Source of the DNA: a virus | Taxonomy: Duplodnaviria > Caudoviricetes | Virus record (IMG/VR): IMGVR_UViG_3300037467_002711 | Coordinates: 1 to 36,362 of that record | Length of the DNA: 36,362 nt | Strand: one strand, 5' to 3' | Part shown: positions 26,410 through 34,700 of the stretch, one piece after another | Layout of the letters: each line of letters starts with the position of its first letter | Position numbering within the stretch: position 1 is the first letter of the stretch | Notes under the pieces: model-generated | Database searches by the model: none | The model's input: the letters and a program-made list of their open reading frames with translations, nothing else | What the model was told of the DNA's origin: nothing | Position numbers and translations under genes: made by a program

Positions 26410-27159
26410 TTAGTTGAGATGTCCCTTGGAACCGGAGCCTCCCATACCCTTATTTATATTCATATTATACCCTGCTGCATAGCCCTTGTTCCTCCCATCT
26501 TGACTCGTTAGTGACGATGCCTTCTTGGTTCGCAGGTTCCCAAACACTTCGCCGGTATATTTTTCAACTTCTTCCTTCCTTTTAATTACCATTAATGCCA
26601 TGCTTTGTTGCTCCTTCTCCATTTCTCGTTGGTTATCCCGGAGTTTAGCTGCTATACCTGCAACTGCCCCAACTAAGAACCCCCGTTTAAAGGTGTTCCT
26701 CTTCTCAAAACCCTGGTATGCTTTCCATGCCAGCTTCTCGGCAATATGTATTTTATTCATTAATTGCTCCACCGTATAAAATACTACTGCTACGTTGTTC
26801 TGCTCCCCTAAAATGGTCACTCTACCCTGATCATAGGCATGCCTTCTAGTCTTTGTATGCACGCATTGGCATAGATATGCAGTAGAAATTGCATTAAATA
26901 ACTTGAGTACCCATTCTGCTTCGGTTTTTGCCTGCACTGGGTCAAGGTCAAACTGTTGGTGCATCATGGTTATCTTCTCCTTTATCTTATGGCCGGAGAC
27001 ATCTTCCCATGAGAGGTTATGCTTCAATAACAATTCCTGAATTCGCATGGCAGCATTCTCTGCCTCTGCAATAGAACCTACGGACTCTGCACCTTCCTGT
27101 AGGTTTTTAAGTTTTTGGAGCTTGTCCAAAAGTTTCGGGTCAATCTGATTTGTTTGCAT
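26410..27159 (-). CDS. DUF2786-domain protein
   Basis: KLQKLKNL...EAENAAMRIQELLLKHNL N-terminal motif; F..G...GI..KL and GY.AG C-terminal motifs. Confidence 0.8.
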   Translation of the reverse strand: MQTNQIDPKLLDKLQKLKNLQEGAESVGSIAEAENAAMRIQELLLKHNLSWEDVSGHKIKEKITMMHQQFDLDPVQAKTEAEWVLKLFNAISTAYLCQCVHTKTRRHAYDQGRVTILGEQNNVAVVFYTVEQLMNKIHIAEKLAWKAYQGFEKRNTFKRGFLVGAVAGIAAKLRDNQREMEKEQQSMALMVIKRKEEVEKYTGEVFGNLRTKKASSLTSQDGRNKGYAAGYNMNINKGMGGSGSKGHLN

Positions 27160-27445
27160 AATACTTAAAGTTTTTGAGTGATGGGTATTTTTTATATAAG
27201 GCTGTTAGACCACTAAACCCATAAGCATCTAAATCACCCGGCTCCTCAATAAATTCTTTATCCCGGTTGTTCCAAATACATAACCCATACCTACGGTCCT
27301 CATTAAACTCAATAAGTAATAGGTATACATGTTCGTAACCCCAACCCGGGTCCCGCATCCATGCCCGGATGTAGAAGGGGTTGAAACTCCGGGCAGCTAA
27401 CTTTAAACCCGGGAACTCGTTTAGTGAAATGTCTGCTAATGGCAT
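27140..27445 (-). CDS. Hypothetical protein
   Basis: ORF in the minus-strand run. Confidence 0.65.
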   Translation of the reverse strand: MPLADISLNEFPGLKLAARSFNPFYIRAWMRDPGWGYEHVYLLLIEFNEDRRYGLCIWNNRDKEFIEEPGDLDAYGFSGLTALYKKYPSLKNFKYYANKSD

Positions 27446-27484
27446 AGTATTAAAATTAAAATGGGGGCAGTTGCCCCCGGTAAA

Positions 27485-27880
27485 TTACTTAACCCTCCAG
27501 ATTCGGCAGAAGGTTTTATCCTTGTCGGTGTATAGGAAGGTGAATGCATGTTGGGGAAATGTATCCTTGAGGAACTTAGCGGCAGTGGATTTGTTCTTGC
27601 CGTTAATGATGAGTGCCTTCTTCTTGATGGGCAAATGAGCAGCGTGTCTTAATAGGAGCTGCTTCATATCCTCAATCTCAGGGCGTACCTTTGTGCCCTT
27701 TGGTAATTCTAAATCCTCAATCATTCCTACCCGGAGCTCTACCTTTGGGGGGATAAAACTGGGGTGGTTTTCGGGTAGCTCCCTACGTTTTTTGGCGGGA
27801 GCTGCTGGAGTGGGGTTTGGGGTTTGCTTTTTAGGGGCAGCCTTCTTAGCTGCAGCCTTTTTTTGTCTTTTGTCTGCCAT
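27485..27880 (-). CDS. Basic putative DNA-binding protein
   Basis: K/A/P-rich N-terminus, C-terminal RIWRVK; followed by hairpin GGGGGCA-gt-TGCCCCC. Confidence 0.7.
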   Translation of the reverse strand: MADKRQKKAAAKKAAPKKQTPNPTPAAPAKKRRELPENHPSFIPPKVELRVGMIEDLELPKGTKVRPEIEDMKQLLLRHAAHLPIKKKALIINGKNKSTAAKFLKDTFPQHAFTFLYTDKDKTFCRIWRVK

Positions 27881-27901
27881 GGTATTTGTATTTAGTGATT
27901 C

Positions 27902-28132
27902 CTAGTAATCGTATCGGTCATCAGCTGCTTCGGCATCCTCGATAGCGCATTCATCAGCATAATCCTGGACTGCTTCTTCAACTGTATCCCGAAGAGAATA
28001 AAAGTTATCCTTATTGATGGGTTTACCATCGTGTTTGCGGTGTAGCTCATTTAAGATAAACTCCGCAATATCCTTTTTTTCTTGCTTTAATCGGTTATAA
28101 TAGCTCATACTTATTAATTTACATCTACCCAT
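27902..28132 (-). CDS. Hypothetical protein
   Basis: Start may be at MSYYNRL (28108). Confidence 0.6.
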   Translation of the reverse strand: MGRCKLISMSYYNRLKQEKKDIAEFILNELHRKHDGKPINKDNFYSLRDTVEEAVQDYADECAIEDAEAADDRYDY

Positions 28133-28332
28133 TTACCCTTATAGGGTGTGGTGTCTTTTTTCATGAATACGGTTGTGTCAACATTCAAGGGGGGTTCTAT
28201 TTTGGGTTTGTCCGGTTCTTCTAAACCATCTAAAATTTCATCATCGGTTTTTTCAATCCGGGTCTTATAATCCATTGTTGCCAATATCATAATTATAAGA
28301 CTCCAAAACAGAACTACCCTTAATGTTCTCAT
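28114..28332 (-). CDS. Small membrane-anchored protein
   Basis: N-terminal transmembrane helix. Confidence 0.6.
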   Translation of the reverse strand: MRTLRVVLFWSLIIMILATMDYKTRIEKTDDEILDGLEEPDKPKIEPPLNVDTTVFMKKDTTPYKGKWVDVN

Positions 28333-28335
28333 GTC

Positions 28336-28515
28336 TTAATCCTCCCTGACCAGGCTACCTACGTATAGGTAGTTAGGTCCTTTAAATTGGTTTTCGTATT
28401 TGTCTACTGTCTCCTGGGTGACGCCCTTAAAGTGGTGGGTTTTCACTTGTAGTGGGTCTTTCTTAAGAAAATAGTTAATGTAACCAGTGTAGGTTACCTC
28501 TTCGTCATTTTCCAT
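28336..28515 (-). CDS. 59 aa hypothetical protein
   Basis: Hand translation MENDEEVTYTGYINYF...; directly behind the promoter module at 28540. Confidence 0.65.
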   Translation of the reverse strand: MENDEEVTYTGYINYFLKKDPLQVKTHHFKGVTQETVDKYENQFKGPNYLYVGSLVRED

Positions 28516-28590
28516 GGTGGTATATTTAATTTTATTTAATGCAAATTTAAAACTTTGGGTACCATTTTAAAAACCAGTTATTTGGGCTAC

Positions 28591-29337
28591 TTAATGGGTT
28601 TTCTCCCTTGGTATGGTTCTACCACTAGTTTTATTGCTCAGGTATTGCGTTATTAGAGCAACATCATCCTGATAATTACCAACTGAGTTTAACCCTGTGG
28701 CCCAATGGCCCCCATAAGGCATGTTATAACTTTTACCCATATATACACTATCTCTATACTCATTTACCTTTACCCCGTTTACCCATAGGGACTGGTGCTT
28801 TAAACCCAGTGTATGCCCAAATTCATGTATAGCAGCCTCTGCAATATTTGGCCAATAATAATTGTATAGGCTGGTAAATACAAAATCAGGTGCGGGGTCA
28901 TCCCAGTAAAAAGAGCCCTGGAAACTTACCCCACCGTAGGTAGACCCAAACCATTGATAATCTTTGGTTAATACCAACCTTTGCCTTCTACCGGGAGCAG
29001 TTTGGTTATATACTGTAGTGTCTGTAGTTACTATCAGGTTAAATTGGGTAAAGGCCTTGTATACCCGGTTAAAGATAGAGTCTAGTTCTATGGGGTTTGT
29101 TATACCCGATTCCCCTACAGTTACGATTGAGCCTCCCCATTGCTTAGAAGTATCCATAAACCCATCAAAATCTAGTAATAGGGTGCCTTGGGATTTTGAT
29201 ATCTTCCCAGTGGGTACCTTACTAGTCCTAAGGTTGTGGATAGCATCAGTTTGAGTTTGTCCCGTGTTGGGGGTTAAATTTTCCTTTTGGCAGCTTACTA
29301 ACACTATTAGCAGGGTTGCCCAGATTAACTGTTTCAT
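28591..29337 (-). CDS. Lipoprotein zinc metallopeptidase (metzincin)
   Basis: Lipobox LVSC followed by QKEN; HEFGHTLGLKH (HExxHxxGxxH); Met-turn candidate SVYMG. Confidence 0.85.
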   Translation of the reverse strand: MKQLIWATLLIVLVSCQKENLTPNTGQTQTDAIHNLRTSKVPTGKISKSQGTLLLDFDGFMDTSKQWGGSIVTVGESGITNPIELDSIFNRVYKAFTQFNLIVTTDTTVYNQTAPGRRQRLVLTKDYQWFGSTYGGVSFQGSFYWDDPAPDFVFTSLYNYYWPNIAEAAIHEFGHTLGLKHQSLWVNGVKVNEYRDSVYMGKSYNMPYGGHWATGLNSVGNYQDDVALITQYLSNKTSGRTIPREKTH

Positions 29338-29346
29338 ATTGGTGAC

Positions 29347-29463
29347 TTAAATTTTTGCTTGATTTAGGATTTCGGATATAATCCTGAACAGGATGGTAAT
29401 AAATGCCATAGTTAAAAATACCTGGATTAGCAGAATGTATGCCCATGCTTTAAGCTTCTTCAT
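29347..29463 (-). CDS. 38 aa membrane peptide
   Basis: Hand translation MKKLKAWAYILLIQVFLTMAFITILFRIISEILNQAKI. Confidence 0.55.
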   Translation of the reverse strand: MKKLKAWAYILLIQVFLTMAFITILFRIISEILNQAKI

Positions 29464-29481
29464 GGTGTATGTTGGTTTGGT

Positions 29482-29718
29482 TTAAAGCGTATTTTCCTCA
29501 TGCCCTTTAGGAGCATCAATCCGAAGAGTGGTGGTTTCCGATACTACCGCATTTTTCTCCAACTTAATCCTTTCCACCCGGAACTCCGAGTTGTCTTCCA
29601 TTACACTTGCCATTACTATCCTGGCAGTCTGCTTATCCTTTGCTTTAATTATTACCTGTTTTTGCACTGCCCCCATTGTTACGCCCAGGTAAAATTTCTG
29701 TTTCTTTTTCTTTGCCAT
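29482..29718 (-). CDS. Small basic protein
   Basis: Promoter module upstream. Confidence 0.7.
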   Translation of the reverse strand: MAKKKKQKFYLGVTMGAVQKQVIIKAKDKQTARIVMASVMEDNSEFRVERIKLEKNAVVSETTTLRIDAPKGHEENTL

Positions 29719-29771
29719 GGTAATTTATTATTTTATTATAATGCAATATTATTAAATTGAGAACCCAATAA

Positions 29772-30257
29772 TTAACCAAATTTAATGGGCTTACATGTAC
29801 CAGGCAAGTATAGAGGATGAGCAGGAGAACCATCCCGGTTTAGCTTAAAGCAATGAGCACCCCTACCCTTAAAGTATTGAGCCCAAAGCTCCGTTATAGT
29901 CTCCGAAATCTCCTTTGCTTGATTCCCCCACATGCACACTATCATTGTATGATTAGAGGCTGCCTGTTTTAAGTAATTAGCATTACCCGAACCTACTGCA
30001 ATTGGGGTGGAGTTTAGTCCTATTAAATACTTTGGGTCTGAACTCCTAAAGGCAAATAAATTCACTATCTCAAAACCACCATAGCCCCATGCTTTAGTAT
30101 AGGTAATTAGTTTTTTAATAGTGGGGTCATCCTTCTCAGCATCAGCGGTGGAAGGGTTTAGTCCTATAAATAGGATTGTGGGTTTTGATTCATCCCATAC
30201 TCTTATCAGGGAAAATCTGTACTTCTGGCAATCAGAAAGTTTTGCGGTCTTTAACAT
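29772..30257 (-). CDS. DUF1643-family protein
   Basis: YRFSLIRVW, FIGLNPSTAD...DDPT, NLFA, WGN and PAHPLY motifs. Confidence 0.9.
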   Translation of the reverse strand: MLKTAKLSDCQKYRFSLIRVWDESKPTILFIGLNPSTADAEKDDPTIKKLITYTKAWGYGGFEIVNLFAFRSSDPKYLIGLNSTPIAVGSGNANYLKQAASNHTMIVCMWGNQAKEISETITELWAQYFKGRGAHCFKLNRDGSPAHPLYLPGTCKPIKFG

Positions 30258-30481
30258 TTGTGGATGAGTTTTAATGTTTCAAGTGTAGTGTCTTTTAGGA
30301 ACTCTATTGTGAAGTATATGCCTCGTTTTTGGCAATGGTAGGAGTTCCATTTAGTGGGTACATAGCCTAAGGCAATTAAGTATTTAATCCTCGGGTCTGT
30401 ATTCTTCATCTGAACTGGTTTTAAGTATACTTCCCACTTTGGTAAATAGCAGGAAGTATACGATTAGGATTGTGAGTATTT

Positions 30482-30976
30482 TTATAACCATACTGAAGGG
30501 TCTTTGGTACTGTCCCAACCCATTTCCAATAAGGCTTGCCTTATATCCTTCCGGTACTCAAGGTCGTCGGGTGATGCCTTTAAATAACTCCATAGGTTCT
30601 TTACATCCTGGGTCCACTCAACTATACGGGACTCAATAGTAAAGTCCTTTGCCGTGCCATACCAGAACTTACAGTACCACTGGAACCAACCCTTGGGTGA
30701 TTCGTTTTTAACTATAGCATCTACAAAAGGCCTTGCACGTTGCATGGTTGGAACCCCAAAGTAATTGTTTGCTTGGTTTGGAGATACCACTCCAAATTTA
30801 CTATTGGGTAAACCCACAAATAACTCCGGATTTATAAACTTCCTATGGGATAGCCAGTAGAAGTATCCCCCACCATATACCCCTAACTCCAGCATCTCAC
30901 GTGGGGAGAAGTGGGGTTTAAAATTGGGCTGGCCAGGAAATCGGTACTGTTCAGTAAGAGAAGGTATAGTTGCCAT
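30482..30976 (-). CDS. Conserved protein of unknown function
   Basis: SPREMLELGVYGGGYF, NYFGV, PKGWFQWYCKF and RQALL motifs recall a widespread uncharacterised family. Confidence 0.75.
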   Translation of the reverse strand: MATIPSLTEQYRFPGQPNFKPHFSPREMLELGVYGGGYFYWLSHRKFINPELFVGLPNSKFGVVSPNQANNYFGVPTMQRARPFVDAIVKNESPKGWFQWYCKFWYGTAKDFTIESRIVEWTQDVKNLWSYLKASPDDLEYRKDIRQALLEMGWDSTKDPSVWL

Positions 30977-30978
30977 GT

Positions 30979-31224
30979 TTATTGTATTTGATTACAAGTG
31001 ATATTGGGATTGTTTCTGATGTTTTTACCGAAATATCCCCCTATACTATCAGCTTTAATCATTTCAAGGTAGGCTGTCTCGGTAACTGGGGAATATCGAT
31101 ATATCTTAGTAGGGTCTTTTACACTCCTACCATGGAACTCTACTTCAAGAGTATTGGTACCTTTGTCATGACCGACACTCTTAATGTTAGAAGAGTTAAC
31201 TGGTTGTCTTACGATGTCTGGCAT
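30979..31224 (-). CDS. KTSC-domain protein
   Basis: VNSSNIKSVGHD...LEVEF...YRY..V...ADSIGGYF...IR. Confidence 0.9.
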   Translation of the reverse strand: MPDIVRQPVNSSNIKSVGHDKGTNTLEVEFHGRSVKDPTKIYRYSPVTETAYLEMIKADSIGGYFGKNIRNNPNITCNQIQ

Positions 31225-31252
31225 TTTATTGGGTTTAATGTTTTTTAAATAG

Positions 31253-31274
31253 TAAAGGGCCCGAAGGCCCTTTA
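31253..31274. terminator. Hairpin/terminator abutting a TACTATT box
   Basis: TAAAGGGC-ccgaag-GCCCTTTA. Confidence 0.6.
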
Positions 31275-31276
31275 GC

Positions 31277-31651
31277 TTAGTTGAGGTGGAATGGATACTT
31301 TTCGATTACTCGAATTTTTCTAAATAACCTCTTTCTTCCTTTGTGCTCCATTAGATGCCCTAAAATGAGATGCTTGCAAATACTCATGTTAGACTCATCC
31401 AATGAAAGGAAGGCCTGTGGTTCAATTAGGCATCTTTCATAGCTCCGGAGGCTCTTACGGGTTTCTCGATGCAACCTATCTAGGTCGATGCCCTCTAATT
31501 GAGCATAGATAGGAACATCTACCCCCTCGGCAGAGTTCTCCAGGATACGGGTTAACGACTCTAATTGTAACCGGGCTACCTTTTTAATCAGCAGCCTCTC
31601 ACTTTTTGTTAGTCTTGCTTCAAAGAGCAGATTAGATGGTGGCTTTAACAT
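31277..31651 (-). CDS. Hypothetical protein
   Basis: Start reassigned to MLKPPS after the promoter module. Confidence 0.7.
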   Translation of the reverse strand: MLKPPSNLLFEARLTKSERLLIKKVARLQLESLTRILENSAEGVDVPIYAQLEGIDLDRLHRETRKSLRSYERCLIEPQAFLSLDESNMSICKHLILGHLMEHKGRKRLFRKIRVIEKYPFHLN

Positions 31652-31747
31652 GGAAATAATTATAATTATTAAATGCAATATAATAATAAAGTTCCAAATA
31701 ATATACCTTAAACCCATATTGTTTTTGGGCTTAGGCAGCTGGCCCAA

Positions 31748-32521
31748 TTAATAGGTTTTAATGTAGGGTTTACACTTTGTGTAGAACTTGCTGGGCTCAA
31801 GCTCCGGATTCTTCTCAAGCTTCCGGTTCTCTAATCTCCAGCGCTTACGTTCAGCATAATCCATCCATTCTGGGAAGGAGTATAGGGTCTCAACCTTCTT
31901 GAAGTTGATGTCCTCTTCCTTCTCCCAACCAATCTTTAGTACCTCTTCCCATTTGCCCCATAGGTATACCTGTACTTTTGCCACCTTCTCACCCATGAAC
32001 TTTATACCAAATACTAATCTGTAATCCCATTTGTCGTTTGAGGGGTCTTTTGCCTCTTTGACTAGTCGCACCATAAATTGATAATCCAGGTGCTTCTCCT
32101 TTAGAGTTATCATATCAGGACTAGCATAGTCCTGGATGACGTCTGCTGCTACAAATTTGAAACCATACTCCCTTAATTCGGAGATGAGTTTTTCCTGAGT
32201 TTTGCACTTGGCCTTAAGTGTTTTCAAAAGGTCAAGTAGGGGTTCTTTATCCGAAAGCATCTCATCGATTTTTTTGTCTTTGGTTTTAACTTTGGTTGTT
32301 GAGGTAGTTATGGGTAAATCACCCTTGAGTTTCTTAATATACTCAACCATACCTTCAACGTCTTCCTGGGATACCAGGTTGAATTCAAGAGTATAGGGAC
32401 CTTGGTGTGGTTCCTTGGGACCCATTCTTAGCTCTGTGGCCTGTTCAACCAACCTATCACTAAGTATGTTACCCTCAACCGTAAAGGTCTTTATCCTCAT
32501 TTTAGTTCCTTGTGTCATCAC
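31748..32521 (-). CDS. Hypothetical charged protein
   Basis: 257 aa ORF. Confidence 0.8.
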   Translation of the reverse strand: MMTQGTKMRIKTFTVEGNILSDRLVEQATELRMGPKEPHQGPYTLEFNLVSQEDVEGMVEYIKKLKGDLPITTSTTKVKTKDKKIDEMLSDKEPLLDLLKTLKAKCKTQEKLISELREYGFKFVAADVIQDYASPDMITLKEKHLDYQFMVRLVKEAKDPSNDKWDYRLVFGIKFMGEKVAKVQVYLWGKWEEVLKIGWEKEEDINFKKVETLYSFPEWMDYAERKRWRLENRKLEKNPELEPSKFYTKCKPYIKTY

Positions 32522-32698
32522 TACCTCCTTTTTGGATTTTTACCCTACCCGTACCAAATTGGGTAACCCAACCTTTAAAGGATACCCTTACATGGTTTAA
32601 CCTATCTATACATTCCCTTATGGGATTTGTATTATTAAAGGTCCTTTGATGTTTGATGGAATATTGTAACTTTGTCATTGCTAACTTTTAGTGGTGAT

Positions 32699-32730
32699 AA
32701 AAAAATCCCCTTGGCCTAACCTTGGGGATT
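32699..32730 (-). terminator. Intrinsic terminator
   Basis: AATCCCCAAGG...CCAAGGGGATT imperfect stem plus a T run on the minus strand. Confidence 0.65.
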
Positions 32731-32764
32731 GTTTATTCCTAATGCTCCATGCCTGGATGATTGA

Positions 32765-33235
32765 TTAATCTTCGGTTTCAGCAGCAACCTCTTTGTTCTT
32801 CTTAGTTGCTGATTTACCTTCTTTCTTCTCGGATTTCTCAGCCTTTTCAGCTTTCTTTTCCTTTGCAGGTTTTGCTTCTCCGTTAGCCTCTTTGGCAGCT
32901 TTCTTAGCAGCAGCCCGGGCAGCAGCACGGATTTTCTTCTTCTCGGAAGCAGAAGCACCTTCAGGGTAAGTGTACTGAGTAGCACGGGGAGTGCGTTCGC
33001 CTTTTAATTCTTTGGATGCAGTTTCGATTTCCTCAACAGCAGCCTTCTTTTTATCGTAGGTGCCTTTCAGCTTGCTCCATTTTTTACCAAGTTTTTCATG
33101 ACCAGAATGGTCTTCGCCTTTAGCGAGTTTGTTTTCTTTTTCAAAGGCTCTTAATTCTTCGAATGCAGCTTTTTTCTCTTCTTTAGCGGTTGTTAAAGCG
33201 GTCTTTGCCTCTTCTTTGTTTTTAAACTTTGCCAT
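32765..33235 (-). CDS. Lys/Ala/Glu-rich histone H1-like protein, YxYP-motif family member 3
   Basis: QYTYPEGASASEKKKIRAAARAAAKK. Confidence 0.8.
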   Translation of the reverse strand: MAKFKNKEEAKTALTTAKEEKKAAFEELRAFEKENKLAKGEDHSGHEKLGKKWSKLKGTYDKKKAAVEEIETASKELKGERTPRATQYTYPEGASASEKKKIRAAARAAAKKAAKEANGEAKPAKEKKAEKAEKSEKKEGKSATKKNKEVAAETED

Positions 33236-33316
33236 TTTAGAATGGATTTTTAGGGGTTTATTAATAAAAAGGTTTTGTAATGGAATATTAATAGCATGGT
33301 ACCAGCAAGTTTGGTA

Positions 33317-33544
33317 CTAGCTGCTTACTTTTGACTTTGTAGCCTTCTTCTTAGGTGCGTATGCCGGGTCAATAGTTACTGAAAAACCATTGGCTGCCAT
33401 GTTGAGGGTATTAACTATATCCGTTTTAGGATTACCCTGAACATAAACTGTATTGGTTTTACCCGAGTAACGGGATTGAAGTCCCACCGTTTTAAGGGTG
33501 TTCCTAACTTCTTCTTTGGTCATTGACTGCTGGATAGTGTTCAT
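33317..33544 (-). CDS. Small basic protein
   Basis: Promoter module upstream. Confidence 0.7.
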   Translation of the reverse strand: MNTIQQSMTKEEVRNTLKTVGLQSRYSGKTNTVYVQGNPKTDIVNTLNMAANGFSVTIDPAYAPKKKATKSKVSS

Positions 33545-33586
33545 AATGTAATTTTTAAAATATTATTATAATGCAAATATAGCAAC

Positions 33587-33910
33587 TTATTTACCATTAG
33601 GCAAACTTAAATATATGGGCTTCCCAACTGGTATAGCATGGGCTTCTATATTTTGGGCATTTGGATATTTAATCCTGGTGTATTCAGTAGCCTCTATTTC
33701 GGTAATGTCTGTATAGTATATATCATATTTACCTGAGGGGGTTGTAACTGATGCCCTAACTATAGTATGATGGCTCCCGAACCTATTAAATTTATTGATG
33801 TCACTTTTAAGGGCTAACTCAGCACCCAGTTTTTGGGAACCCTTAGAATTAGCAATAGTAACCTTTAGTTGTTCAATCCTTTGGATTATTGCGTGGAGCC
33901 TGTTTAGCAT
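33587..33910 (-). CDS. Hypothetical protein
   Basis: ORF in the minus-strand run. Confidence 0.7.
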   Translation of the reverse strand: MLNRLHAIIQRIEQLKVTIANSKGSQKLGAELALKSDINKFNRFGSHHTIVRASVTTPSGKYDIYYTDITEIEATEYTRIKYPNAQNIEAHAIPVGKPIYLSLPNGK

Positions 33911-34415
33911 TGAATGCCTTTTTAATTTTTAGTGGGGTTTGTTTCATATAGTCTTTACGGAGTTGTAGCCTTAGTTTGTAGGAGTCATTAAATTCTATAA
34001 GCCTATTTACCTGGTTGAGCTCCTTAATATAAAGCATTAGGCATTTACCCTTAAAGGTAGCTTTAGCTCCGGAGAAATGTTGCTTCCTATTATATTGGTT
34101 TTTCTTGAACTTGCTAGTTACTCTTTCCACCTTATCAATTATATTTAGCAACATTTTACTAAATGACTCCACTAGCTCCTGCTTACCAATTACATGTATT
34201 CCCTCACTCCTACTATTGGGATTTCTTACTACTAAAACATCAAAAGGAAGACTAAGCTTCCTTATTAATTCTGCATACCTTCCGATTGTTTCTGTATGCT
34301 CAGCCAGATTAACCCACTTATGGCTGTTTACGCCCGATGCTGTAGGAGCCTCCTCTAATACTACCAGCAGTTGCTTCTTGACTGTTTTCAAATGGCTGTA
34401 TATCAGGTGCTTCAT
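33873..34415 (-). CDS. Hypothetical basic protein
   Basis: 180 aa ORF overlapping its neighbours. Confidence 0.65.
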   Translation of the reverse strand: MKHLIYSHLKTVKKQLLVVLEEAPTASGVNSHKWVNLAEHTETIGRYAELIRKLSLPFDVLVVRNPNSRSEGIHVIGKQELVESFSKMLLNIIDKVERVTSKFKKNQYNRKQHFSGAKATFKGKCLMLYIKELNQVNRLIEFNDSYKLRLQLRKDYMKQTPLKIKKAFNAKQAPRNNPKD

Positions 34416-34629
34416 GAGGAAGGTTGTTTAGCCATCTAATAGCATTCTGAACATCGAAGTGGTAGAGGTTTAACTTCTGTAGGGATTCTTCCATATCCTC
34501 TTGACTTAGCTCATTTACCCTTAAGTGTGATGGTAATGATAGTTGGTGCTCAAGGTGGAGGCTATGGGCTTTAGCATCATCAGCCTCGGATTGGAGTAGG
34601 TCGAAGATTAGTTTTCTGTGCTTATTCAT
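34318..34629 (-). CDS. Hypothetical protein
   Basis: Start reassigned to MNKHRK; overlaps the next gene by about 98 nt. Confidence 0.55.
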   Translation of the reverse strand: MNKHRKLIFDLLQSEADDAKAHSLHLEHQLSLPSHLRVNELSQEDMEESLQKLNLYHFDVQNAIRWLNNLPHEAPDIQPFENSQEATAGSIRGGSYSIGRKQP

Positions 34630-34647
34630 GTTGGGAGTTTTTAAAAT

Positions 34648-34677
34648 AAGAAGGAGCCCCCGAACCAAGGGCTCCTA
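34648..34677 (-). terminator. Intrinsic terminator
   Basis: Minus strand AGGAGCCC...GGGCTCCT followed by TCTT. Confidence 0.7.
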
Positions 34678-34700
34678 TGTGTCAAACCAGGCAGACTTGA

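Noticed and set aside
17050-33625. True integron with attC sites
   Set aside because: The modules lack RYYYAAC/GTTRRRY ends and long imperfect palindromes, and no integrase is in the window; a promoter explanation fits better.
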